The notes below the pieces were generated by a model. The model was not told the origin of the DNA and did not search any database. It saw nothing but the letters and a program-made list of their open reading frames with translations. From a virus (lineage: Duplodnaviria > Caudoviricetes), in IMG/VR virus record IMGVR_UViG_3300017747_004718, positions 1-43,678 of that record: a DNA stretch of 43,678 nt; one strand, 5' to 3'. Positions 1 through 8,283 of this stretch are shown piece after piece; position 1 is the first letter of the stretch, and the number at the start of each line of letters is the position of its first letter. The position numbers were made by a program, and so were the translations under genes.

Positions 1-123
1 CGACCCGATACGTTTCCATGCGCGTCTGGTGCAGGTCCATCACCACGCCGTTCTCGCCTGGGAGAATGTAACTGCCCGGCGGATAGACCCGCGGCGTTCC
101 CGACGACGTGGCCCACGTCGTGA
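1..123. repeat. Terminal direct repeat, left copy (identical to 43556-43678); circular-assembly overlap
   Basis: First 123 nt (cgacccgata...cgtcgtga) recur exactly at the window end, and a reading frame runs through the junction. Confidence 0.97.
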
Positions 124-2299
124 CACCCGCCACGCCCACGAACGTCGTGCCGCGTCCATAGCTGCCGGTGTTGTAAATAACGTAGGCGTCGGCGTTGCAA
201 TCGGCGGAGTCCACATAATACGTCAGGCCCGCCACGATGTCCGCGCCGTTGCTGATGTCGTCGGACAGTTCCACATGATAATCCTCGCGATACTTGTTCC
301 CGTGATCATCGTTGGCATTCGTCGCGTCCCATGCCGGCGTGTTGGCCGGGCGCAGATAGCGCGTGTTGTCCTTCGTCTCATCCTCGAGCAGCGCAAACTC
401 CTCATTCACCCCGTCCGTCTTCGCGTAAAGACTGTAGCTGGGATCGAACGTGCTCACCGCCAGGCGCACCCATGGAAATCGTTTGTTGTGCAGCGATCCG
501 GCGCGATACGCCCGCGTCGTCAGGTCATGATCTACGGCGGAATATTCCAATGTCCAATCCACCAACCGCAGTTTGAACCCAATCACTTGGCCGGTCGTTC
601 CGAAGCTCGTCAGCGTGCCGCTCTCTGCCACAAAAGTGCCCGTGCCCACGCCGCCCGTGAACGTCTGGCTGCCATTGGTGGCATAGCTCTCATACGCCCC
701 GCTCTCATACACGTAACGCCGGCCGGGAATCAGCCCGGTCGTAATCGAGTATCCAAACGCATCGTAAACCCCCGTGCCGTGCAGGTTGGCCCCGAGCGAT
801 TCATAGGCAATTTCGTCATCGAACAGCGCCTCCGCGTAGTTCACGAAACCATCCGCCGAAATGAAGAATAGCTTTTCCTCGCCGGCGACTTTCATCTTGC
901 GGAAATCTGCCACGGTCAGACCGGTGCCCTCATCGTGTCCGCACCATTTGCCTTTGAGGAAATCATAGACCAGCACGGCATTGTTCACGTTGGTGTAAAT
1001 GCGCCGCACGCTGGCCGTCACGGGCACCGCCTCGATGCCGTTCAGTTGCAACGTCACGCTCTCCGCCACAAAGCGCGCTGTCTCGTTGTATTGCTGGGCA
1101 CCCTGCGCCGCGTTGTAGTCACTCGCGCCCTTGGTCCATTCGTAGCTCGCGCCGGGAATGATTCCAATTTCGTAGATGCCGCCCGCGTCATAGCTGGCGC
1201 TGCGAATCAGCTCCGGTCCGTAGGCTGTTCCGTCATCCAGCGGCACCGCCACATACAAGCGATCATCGAACAACTCAAAGGTCACCGTGCTCGCCGCCAC
1301 CTCGCGATTGATGCGGCCCATCGTGCGCACCAGCTCCTCGCTCACCGGAACGCTCGAGACACCTAGCAAACCCGTTCCGCCATCCGGCGTGATGCGATAG
1401 ATGCTGCCCGTGGTTCCCATGAACCACACTTCATCCGGTTGATCTGCCTCGTCCTTGCCCACGTTGATGCAGCCGCGTGGCGAGAGCAGCCCGAATTCCC
1501 GCGTGATTTCGTCCTGCCGCATGTCGGTCAGGGCGCCAGTGGTTCCGTAAAGCGCGTAGATGCTGCCCGTCTTGAAGCACACCGCCGCGTGTTCCTTGCC
1601 GAACTTCAGCACCCGCGTCAGCCGGTCGTTGCTCCCCTGGTTGATGCGCGCCTCGTCCCGCACCCCGGCGAACAGCGTCGCGTTCAGGTAGTCGCTGATG
1701 TTGACGAGATCCTTCTCCGTCGCCGTCTCCGTCGGCACGAACAACCGCGCATCGATCCATTCGCCGCGGTCCGCCTGCGGAATGTCAAACGTGCCACTCA
1801 CTGGATTGGCCGAGAGCGCGCCCGTGATGGTGTTCGCCTGCATGGTGGCCGTCACGAATCCGGTGTCCAGATTCTCCATCAGCAGCGTGTCCTTGCCGTA
1901 ACCGCGGAACATCACCAGCCCGTTGTAAGTCTGAGTGAAATTCACCGCGCTCGTGATGGTCACGCCCGCCGGCAACGGCACCTGGCTGGATCCATTGCCA
2001 TCGCGGAACTTGAACACCCCGCCATCCGCCGCGACGATCAGCCACAACACTGCGTCCTCGTCCTGGAAATAACCGCTCCCGTAGTAAGTGCCGTAGGGAA
2101 TCGGCCGCGACGAGGCGCCGCTCGTCACGAGATTGGACCACGGCAGTTTGAAGAAACCCAAGCGCGGCTCCGCTTCGCCCAGTCGGAAGCGGCCATTCTT
2201 GCACGCCGCCACCTCGCCCGCCGAGAGCACGCCTGGAGGAAGCAGTTCGTTCACCCCGTTGAACTGCGCGTCCCCGTCAATTTGAGTTTCAGCCCGCAT
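1..2299 (-). CDS. Tail tubular/nozzle (DNA-stabilisation-like) protein, 5' part; continues across the circular junction to 43437 (about 805 aa)
   Basis: Absent from the ORF track because it runs off the edge. Hand translation from ATG 2299 (MRAETQIDGDAQFNGVNELLPPG...) is open to base 1 and continues in frame to TGA at 43437-43439. Beta-rich, and lies between tail and internal virion genes. Confidence 0.75.
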   Translation of the reverse strand, partial: MRAETQIDGDAQFNGVNELLPPGVLSAGEVAACKNGRFRLGEAEPRLGFFKLPWSNLVTSGASSRPIPYGTYYGSGYFQDEDAVLWLIVAADGGVFKFRDGNGSSQVPLPAGVTITSAVNFTQTYNGLVMFRGYGKDTLLMENLDTGFVTATMQANTITGALSANPVSGTFDIPQADRGEWIDARLFVPTETATEKDLVNISDYLNATLFAGVRDEARINQGSNDRLTRVLKFGKEHAAVCFKTGSIYALYGTTGALTDMRQDEITREFGLLSPRGCINVGKDEADQPDEVWFMGTTGSIYRITPDGGTGLLGVSSVPVSEELVRTMGRINREVAASTVTFELFDDRLYVAVPLDDGTAYGPELIRSASYDAGGIYEIGIIPGASYEWTKGASDYNAAQGAQQYNETARFVAESVTLQLNGIEAVPVTASVRRIYTNVNNAVLVYDFLKGKWCGHDEGTGLTVADFRKMKVAGEEKLFFISADGFVNYAEALFDDEIAYESLGANLHGTGVYDAFGYSITTGLIPGRRYVYESGAYESYATNGSQTFTGGVGTGTFVAESGTLTSFGTTGQVIGFKLRLVDWTLEYSAVDHDLTTRAYRAGSLHNKRFPWVRLAVSTFDPSYSLYAKTDGVNEEFALLEDETKDNTRYLRPANTPAWDATNANDDHGNKYREDYHVELSDDISNGADIVAGLTYYVDSADCNADAYVIYNTGSYGRGTTFVGVAGVTTWATSSGTPRVYPPGSYILPGENGVVMDLHQTRMETYRV

Positions 2300-2310
2300 G
2301 GTCAGGTTGC

Positions 2311-2343
2311 TTTAACCACGGATGGACACGGATGAACACGGAT
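2311..2343 (+). repeat. Family-A repeat (TTTAACCACGGATGGACACGGATGAACACGGAT), left arm of an inverted pair
   Basis: Reverse complement of 2581-2613 with 2 mismatches in 33 bp; 10-bp internal period. Confidence 0.9.
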
Positions 2344-2346
2344 GAT

Positions 2347-2592
2347 TTACGGAAGCAGAGCATTCAAGCCGCAGCCAATGGAGGCCGCCATTTCACTGAT
2401 CTTGGTTTGTGCAGGTGACGCCGGCATCCTTTCTATTTCCCAACTCAGTTCCAGTGTAGCGTTGCGAATTTCAGCAATTCGCTTGTCAGTCCCCAGTTCG
2501 CGCGCCGTCCTGGCTGTGGTGAATTGGGACAACTCCACAAACAATCGGTCCAAAGTTTCCGTTTCAGGTTTAGGTTTTGTATCCGTGTTCAT
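2347..2592 (-). CDS. Small hypothetical protein enclosed by family-A inverted repeats
   Basis: 81 aa ORF, lower GC than flanks, start codon inside the right repeat. Confidence 0.65.
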   Translation of the reverse strand: MNTDTKPKPETETLDRLFVELSQFTTARTARELGTDKRIAEIRNATLELSWEIERMPASPAQTKISEMAASIGCGLNALLP

Positions 2593-2613
2593 CCGTGTTC
2601 ATCCGTTGTTAAA
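2581..2613 (-). repeat. Family-A repeat, right arm of the inverted pair
   Basis: atccgtgttcatccgtgttcatccgttgttaaa. Confidence 0.9.
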
Positions 2614-2614
2614 A

Positions 2615-3631
2615 TCACGTCGCCAGCTTCGTTATCGAGAAGTAGCCCGCGCTCACTTCCAGCGCACTGGCTGTTCCCTGTGAAAATACAATCTCAACAA
2701 CATCCGCCGCTGCAAGGCTGGCCATTGCGGAAATGTTGAAATGAATGGAGTTTGTCGTCAGCGACATCCGGCCCGTAGCGTAAATGGTGGATGGCGTCGC
2801 CTTGTTCCGCAGAATCATCGTGCGTTCCCCCGCGTAATCCGCCACCGACGAGATCAACCCCTCCGCCTGGAGCAGGTAATAACCATCCTCACCCGCCGGC
2901 ACGAGGAATTCCCCCGGCGCGGCCGCATCGTAGAACCCGCCCGCATCCCACACCTCCGTGCTGAAGATGGTCTTCCCGCCCGGTGAACCGTTCACCAGAT
3001 TGTAAGTGCCGCTGGATTTGCACCGTGCCCCCACCAGCGCCGGAATACTCCCGCCGCCACTGGCCGCCGCGATGGTCAGCGTGTTGGCCGGGTCATCGTA
3101 GGTCAGCGTGATGTTCGTGCCCGCGACAAGGAGCGCCGCCACCCGGTCATCCACTGCCTCCGCAAAATCCGTGATCGCCGTGCTGGGATGCGTGTGCGCC
3201 GTCGGCGTGCGCGCATCGGACAGCCGCGAATCCGCGTTTGTCACATACTTGTTCCCACTGCCCGGCGTGCCGCTTGTGCCCACCAGCGCCGCCTTCTCGC
3301 CCGTGGACGGATCGTTTGTGTTCGGATGGTCCAGCGCATTCGAGTGCGTGGCATGGTTGAGCGCCAGCTTGCTCTCCAGAATGCCCGCGCCCGTGGCCAC
3401 ATCCGCATTCTCCACCAGCTTGGCCGCGGCATCCTGCGAACCGCTGGTGATGTGGACAAACCCCGTGCCAATCGGCACCGTGCCACCGCCGCCATCGCCG
3501 CCACTGCCGGGATAGCACAGCACCTGTCCATCCGCCTGGAGCTTCCACTGCATCCCCGTCATCACAGCACCGGCATACTCACTATCGAGCACTGCCGTGA
3601 ACGCGCGGACTGGAAAGCCTTGGTCTGGCAT
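2615..3631 (-). CDS. Tail fibre-like virion protein
   Basis: 338 aa, Gly/Thr/Ala-rich, with the fibre-type segment NKYVTNADSRLSDARTPTAHTH and a beta-rich C-terminal head. Confidence 0.65.
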   Translation of the reverse strand: MPDQGFPVRAFTAVLDSEYAGAVMTGMQWKLQADGQVLCYPGSGGDGGGGTVPIGTGFVHITSGSQDAAAKLVENADVATGAGILESKLALNHATHSNALDHPNTNDPSTGEKAALVGTSGTPGSGNKYVTNADSRLSDARTPTAHTHPSTAITDFAEAVDDRVAALLVAGTNITLTYDDPANTLTIAAASGGGSIPALVGARCKSSGTYNLVNGSPGGKTIFSTEVWDAGGFYDAAAPGEFLVPAGEDGYYLLQAEGLISSVADYAGERTMILRNKATPSTIYATGRMSLTTNSIHFNISAMASLAAADVVEIVFSQGTASALEVSAGYFSITKLAT

Positions 3632-3724
3632 TGGTCAGAAAGTAAACAGTGGCAGGCGGGTGACGAAGTGCGTTCGCCCGATGGAAAGTAAATGCCCGCC
3701 CGCCACCATAAAGTTGTCTCTGCC

Positions 3725-3943
3725 TTACTTGGCGTGCTCGAACTGCCGACCGGCCCGCTCCAGTCGCTTTCCCAGAATCTGCACGTATTCGCTCATCACC
3801 CGGCCTTGCGAATACAGAAGGTCTTTATCTTCCCGCGCCAGTTTCGGAAACGCGTCCGAAGCCATGTAGGTGTTCAGCTTGTTAAGCCGCACCGCTGTCT
3901 CCTGCGTTTCCGCCAACAGTCTGTTTAATTGTTCTTGGTCCAT
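3725..3943 (-). CDS. Small helical phage protein (crAss001_48-like)
   Basis: MDQEQLNRLLAETQETAVRLNKLNTYM...LLYSQGRVMSEYVQILGKRL resembles this widespread family; start re-assigned to ATG 3943. Confidence 0.6.
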   Translation of the reverse strand: MDQEQLNRLLAETQETAVRLNKLNTYMASDAFPKLAREDKDLLYSQGRVMSEYVQILGKRLERAGRQFEHAK

Positions 3944-3975
3944 AATTCGTGTTAATCCGTGCAATCCGTGTCTCA
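3944..3975 (-). repeat. Family-A variant repeat (aattcgtgttaatccgtgcaatccgtgtctca)
   Basis: ATCCGTG units; fills the gap between the beta-barrel stop and the next start. Confidence 0.7.
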
Positions 3976-4470
3976 GAACGGCAACCGAATACCCCACACC
4001 GCCCTGCCGGTAGCCGCGCCGCGCGTGGTCGTTTCCAAGCCGAGTTCCGCGAACGTCCCGATATGTTTGTTGATTCTCCATTCCACGCCACCGCCCGCGC
4101 CGGCAAAGAGCCGGTCCTGCTCGAAGTTGAACCCGCCTTCCACGTAGCCGTAAGGCGCCACCGCATCCCACAACGGCGCCCTGGCCGTCAGTCGCCCACT
4201 CGTCCGGTCAATGACCGAATGCGAGAAGTCGCTCAACTCCGCCCGCGCCCCGATGCCGAATCCCTTCGTAAAGAAGTAATCGCCGCCGATGCCGGTCCCG
4301 ACCGAGATCGCTTCCTTCGCCCGTGCCTCCGTGGCAATGGCCCCCGTGCCATAAAGCGACAGGCTGAATTCCTCCGCGCGGAATGCCGACTCCGCGTGAG
4401 CCTGCGTCGTGTAGATTTTGATGATGGCCAGCGCGACAAGCGCCAGCAGGATGGTCCGAACTGTTTTCAT
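3973..4470 (-). CDS. Small outer-membrane beta-barrel protein (Lom/Ail/OmpA-membrane-domain-like)
   Basis: Signal peptide ending QAHA, alternating amphipathic strands (GIGGDYFF, PYGYVEGG, AGAGGGVEW), terminal Phe (GIRLPF). Confidence 0.75.
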   Translation of the reverse strand: MKTVRTILLALVALAIIKIYTTQAHAESAFRAEEFSLSLYGTGAIATEARAKEAISVGTGIGGDYFFTKGFGIGARAELSDFSHSVIDRTSGRLTARAPLWDAVAPYGYVEGGFNFEQDRLFAGAGGGVEWRINKHIGTFAELGLETTTRGAATGRAVWGIRLPF

Positions 4471-4700
4471 TGGTTTTGTGTTGGTTCCTTTTCCTCCGGT
4501 GGCACGGGGGATTGTTTCAGGTAGAATGCGAGGGAGATTACCGCCGCACCGACCGCCATCTTGCCCAGCTTGGGCAGGTCGTTAAAATTGAACGCCACCG
4601 GGTCCACCGCGATCGCGCAGACCGTGTTGGCCGCGCCGCCGATGACGGCTGCAAGAATCCCTTGAAACCACTTGGTCCAGTCCAGGTTGATTTTGCTCAT
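4467..4700 (-). CDS. Putative holin / small membrane protein
   Basis: 77 aa from ATG 4700 (MSKINLDWTKWFQG...), two hydrophobic segments, charged tail, 4-bp overlaps with both neighbours. Confidence 0.6.
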   Translation of the reverse strand: MSKINLDWTKWFQGILAAVIGGAANTVCAIAVDPVAFNFNDLPKLGKMAVGAAVISLAFYLKQSPVPPEEKEPTQNQ

Positions 4701-4909
4701 GAGCGTTGTCCCTTGTGCGTGCACTGCGCGCACTCGCCCACGCGCTCGCGCAGTTCCGAAATTGTCTTCCACAAGTTCAGCCGGTCCTGTTCACACACCT
4801 CTGTGCGCTTCTCTAGCTTCTTATAATTGGCGATGACTACCGCCCACAGAATCGCCACCACACCCGCCAGGCTCACAATTGCCACCATTAGCTGCTGTTC
4901 GCTTGTCAT
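4697..4909 (-). CDS. Single-TM coiled-coil membrane protein (lysis-associated candidate)
   Basis: N-terminal TM (LMVAIVSLAGVVAILWAVVI) followed by a coiled coil and CxxC. Confidence 0.6.
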   Translation of the reverse strand: MTSEQQLMVAIVSLAGVVAILWAVVIANYKKLEKRTEVCEQDRLNLWKTISELRERVGECAQCTHKGQRS

Positions 4910-5091
4910 CCCTTGATCCCCTTGGTTTGTCGTTTCACCGCCAGCGCGGCAGGCGTCATCGCCTCCGCTTGAATCTGTTCCGTCGTGCGCACCTTCTGCG
5001 CCTGTCGCGCCGCGAAATCCAGCTCCGCCTCCTCCCGCGAATTCGCGGTGATCGTCATGCTCAAGCCGTCGCGTTGAATGGGGTATTTCAT
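4906..5091 (-). CDS. Hypothetical protein
   Basis: 61 aa, ATGA-coupled to both neighbours. Confidence 0.6.
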   Translation of the reverse strand: MKYPIQRDGLSMTITANSREEAELDFAARQAQKVRTTEQIQAEAMTPAALAVKRQTKGIKG

Positions 5092-5588
5092 GGCAGCGGT
5101 GGCGGCACCGTCACGTTGAAAGATTTGGCCCGCATGAATTCCATCGGCTGCGTTGGTGTGACAAATTGGGTCACGTCCACTCCGTTGCTGCTGCCAGCAA
5201 ACCTAAGCCTCTTCTCCCAATTCAAAAGGTCTGCCGTCGTTTCAATCATGCCAGGAATCGGCACATTGAGCAGCGTCGTGGAAACGGGTTTTAGATTCGT
5301 TGGAGGAATAGGAGCGCCGGGAACTATCAGCGGGACGCTCGGATCGCTCTCGCCCCACAGGTTGCTTGCTGTCACGGTCCAGCGATGCGGAGCCGCCAGC
5401 ACGTTGCTGATCGTCACGCTCAAGTTCGTTGTGGTCGCGACCAGATTCGTGATGACGCCATTGTCGTAAACCCTATAAACGAGATTCGATGCCAACTGTC
5501 CGTCCCATTGCAACGTCACGTTTTGCACCGGCGGCACAACCGCCGCAGCACTCAGCGCCGACAAAAAAATGAACGCAAAGATTCTCAT
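5088..5588 (-). CDS. Secreted fibronectin-type-III-like protein
   Basis: Start re-assigned to ATG 5588 (MRIFAFIFLSALSAAA); FN3 pattern VTLQWD...YRVY...WTVTASNLWGES. Confidence 0.7.
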   Translation of the reverse strand: MRIFAFIFLSALSAAAVVPPVQNVTLQWDGQLASNLVYRVYDNGVITNLVATTTNLSVTISNVLAAPHRWTVTASNLWGESDPSVPLIVPGAPIPPTNLKPVSTTLLNVPIPGMIETTADLLNWEKRLRFAGSSNGVDVTQFVTPTQPMEFMRAKSFNVTVPPPLP

Positions 5589-7513
5589 TGCCTGATCGAC
5601 GCTCCATTTCTCAGCGTCACGCCGTTGCCGAATCGGAATCCTTGATAAATGCCTGAATCCTGATATTGCCACGCCCCGATATCCGGCATCGTCGTTAACA
5701 GGTTCCCATCCAAATCCTTAGTGACCCCAAAGCTAGAAACATTTGTTCCAAGCCCTCTCCCCTGATACGTCGAGAGTGGGCGCAGGTTGGTTTTGTAAGC
5801 CGTGAAGTTCAGCGTCTTGTTTGTTCGGATAAGGCAGTTTGGCGGAAGTGTCACCGTGTTCGTGGTTAGAAAAAGATTGTGACTGTAGGTAGTGTTCGCT
5901 GGTACGCCCCCATTGGCCGGTGGTTCTTGGTCTATCACGTTGTTTTGGATTCGGTAGGTGTCTCCGGACTCATACCACATGATTTGAAAGTCACTGCTCG
6001 AATTGGTGTCGTTGCCTACGATGGTGTTGTTCAGCCAATGGATGTATCCGCCGCCGTGTGACCACTGGTTAATCGTGCCGTAATCCGTATCGATCCAGTT
6101 GTGATGAAAGGTTAGGTCTGAAGAGGCTTCAAACGTCAGTGGTTGTCCGCAACCAATGATGGTATTCCATGCGGTGACTGTGTTTGTGGAGCCTTGATAC
6201 AGCGACAGCCCGTTGCCGTGAACGCCTCGAATGCCGTAAATATAGTTGCTGTTAATTTGACTGTTTCCGACACCGCCGCAGTAAATCCCAGTGCCGCCAA
6301 CCTCGACCACTCGATTGCTGCTCACCGTTTGCGTCCATCCCTGAATCCTCATGCCACGAGAGCGGATGCAACCAAAGATTGAATTACCAACTACTACAAG
6401 ATTGGTCGTGGTCGGCAGGTTGAGGACAGGCCCCTGACTCATGCACCTCATGAACTTGATGTCATTGTTGAGGATTTTGATGCCGTCGTAGTAGGGAGTG
6501 CTGCCGGTCTGCGTCACGAAGCCCGCCCCTTCGCTCCCGTTTGGTCCCGCATAATATCCCTGCGCTTCAAAGTTCTGAATGGTGACAAACTGCCGCCCGC
6601 TGATGATGAATGCAGCTCCCAGAACCGCCACGCGGATGCTCTGTGTGTTTGGGTTCACGTTCCCCAGCGGCCACATGAACATCTTGTTTGTCACCACTGC
6701 GTATTCGCCTGCGTAGCTGATGCTACGCATATTGTTGATGAGGGAGTATTTGGTTGTCGTGTTGAACGTGATGCTTGGAGACATCGCGAAGCGCAGCGCA
6801 TTCGTCGTGCTGAAGTAATTCGTAATCGGATAATAGACCACCGAGTTTCCAACTACCCAAGCACCCAGCCAACAGTTGTCCCAATAGCCGTCCGGCTGAG
6901 TCAAATAGGCGGAGTCCTTCAACCAATTTGTTGTGATGTTCCCGCTGCTGGTGAGGTTCGTCCACGCACTGTTTGTATAGCCGACGTGAATCGAGTCGTA
7001 ATAGATGGGCGCCTCTGGCGTGTAGTCTTGCGCGAAGGGCAGGAACTGATTACTGACAATCACCGTTTGCCAATGGCTGGTTTGGCCACCGTTGGCGGTC
7101 GCATACCACATGCTCGCGAAGTTAGCATTGCCACCAACCTCGTTTGTGGTCGTTGCCTGCGTCCAAGTGTTGGTAAACGCTACGCTGCCATCCATGATAG
7201 CCCGCCCCGTTCCCCATCCAGAAGGTGAACCCTCAAACGTGATCTGATTCCCAGACGTTCCAGACCACCCAATGGTGATGGTTCCAAGATACCTGACTCC
7301 ACCTTTGAAATTGATGGTGTCTCCGGCTGCTGGGGTTGTGCTCGCTGCGGTGCCGGTGGCATTGGCATCTCCGGGGCAATGCTTCCAAGGTGCGCCGCTG
7401 CTTGTCCCCGTGTTCGCGTTGGAGCCGCTCTCGAAGTCCACGTAGTATTGAGCAGCGAAAACAGACTGAACGAGCAGCGCAACAGCCGTAAATGTGGAGA
7501 GTAAAATTCTCAT
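5585..7513 (-). CDS. Secreted right-handed parallel beta-helix protein (pectin-lyase fold, depolymerase/adhesin-like)
   Basis: Signal peptide (..SVFA|AQYYV), YYVD..GSNANTGTS..APWK start motif, Asn-ladder repeats, C-terminal PDIGAWQY. Confidence 0.8.
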   Translation of the reverse strand: MRILLSTFTAVALLVQSVFAAQYYVDFESGSNANTGTSSGAPWKHCPGDANATGTAASTTPAAGDTINFKGGVRYLGTITIGWSGTSGNQITFEGSPSGWGTGRAIMDGSVAFTNTWTQATTTNEVGGNANFASMWYATANGGQTSHWQTVIVSNQFLPFAQDYTPEAPIYYDSIHVGYTNSAWTNLTSSGNITTNWLKDSAYLTQPDGYWDNCWLGAWVVGNSVVYYPITNYFSTTNALRFAMSPSITFNTTTKYSLINNMRSISYAGEYAVVTNKMFMWPLGNVNPNTQSIRVAVLGAAFIISGRQFVTIQNFEAQGYYAGPNGSEGAGFVTQTGSTPYYDGIKILNNDIKFMRCMSQGPVLNLPTTTNLVVVGNSIFGCIRSRGMRIQGWTQTVSSNRVVEVGGTGIYCGGVGNSQINSNYIYGIRGVHGNGLSLYQGSTNTVTAWNTIIGCGQPLTFEASSDLTFHHNWIDTDYGTINQWSHGGGYIHWLNNTIVGNDTNSSSDFQIMWYESGDTYRIQNNVIDQEPPANGGVPANTTYSHNLFLTTNTVTLPPNCLIRTNKTLNFTAYKTNLRPLSTYQGRGLGTNVSSFGVTKDLDGNLLTTMPDIGAWQYQDSGIYQGFRFGNGVTLRNGASIRQ

Positions 7514-8283
7514 CGCGCCTCATCCTTAATTAGCCCGATAGTGGTCGAGTCCAGTTCTCCAGACCAGATTCCGAAGTCGTCTAAACGACCGGCTCCCCAC
7601 AAAGAAGCTCCGCCTCGGGACATCAGATAAAGAACGTCCGTCGCAATGTTCGAGGACTGGTCTTTGTCATTCAGGCCGGCGACGATGTTTTGAGTTTTTA
7701 GTGTTCCGTCTATGTAGATTTTAATGTCTCCGGTAGTGGTTGAATTATCGAAGACAACGGCTAGGTGATGCCATGCCGCCGCGCTTACGTTATTGGTGGA
7801 CTCGCCGCGATATTTGAAAGCACCAACAGAATCCTGAATGACTGCTTGCAATCCCCCAGTTGTGTCAGGAGTGAAATTCAGCGCGCCATCCACGTTGTTT
7901 GCATTGGAGGAATGCTCAAAAAGAAAGTCGTTTCCTGTCGCGTAAGCATCCCACCAATACCAAGTGCAGACCGTGATAACTTTCACGCCAAACGTGATGT
8001 TCGCCACGCTGCGCCCAAAGTCATTCACGCCGTCGAATTGCAATGCCCCACCGCTGCCGCTCTTGCCGGTAATCCAAGTCGCGCCGAAGTTCGTGAACGT
8101 GTTCCCGTTTCCAGAACTGTCCGCCATCGTCACGCCGCTGCCCTCGTTCATTTCGAGGCGGAGGATTGGAGTGGGGATGGAAGATCCCGCCACATTCCTC
8201 GCCATCAACATCCGCCTGCGGTCTGCGTTGACGGTGAAGATGACTGCAAGGAGCAGGATTGAAATCGTGAGGATGCGCTTCAT
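7510..8283 (-). CDS. Secreted LamG/concanavalin-A-like lectin domain protein
   Basis: Signal peptide; NEGSG..ADSSGNGN, GALQFDGVND, WHHLAVVFD, IYIDG, GRLDDFGIW motifs. Confidence 0.85.
   Translation of the reverse strand: MKRILTISILLLAVIFTVNADRRRMLMARNVAGSSIPTPILRLEMNEGSGVTMADSSGNGNTFTNFGATWITGKSGSGGALQFDGVNDFGRSVANITFGVKVITVCTWYWWDAYATGNDFLFEHSSNANNVDGALNFTPDTTGGLQAVIQDSVGAFKYRGESTNNVSAAAWHHLAVVFDNSTTTGDIKIYIDGTLKTQNIVAGLNDKDQSSNIATDVLYLMSRGGASLWGAGRLDDFGIWSGELDSTTIGLIKDEAR

Noticed and set aside
1-123. Terminal repeat as a biological direct terminal repeat
   Set aside because: It falls in the middle of a coding sequence and has the size of an assembler overlap; better explained as a circularisation artefact
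3634-3709. 24-codon minus-strand ORF (MVAGGHLLSIG...)
   Set aside because: Too short, with no motif support
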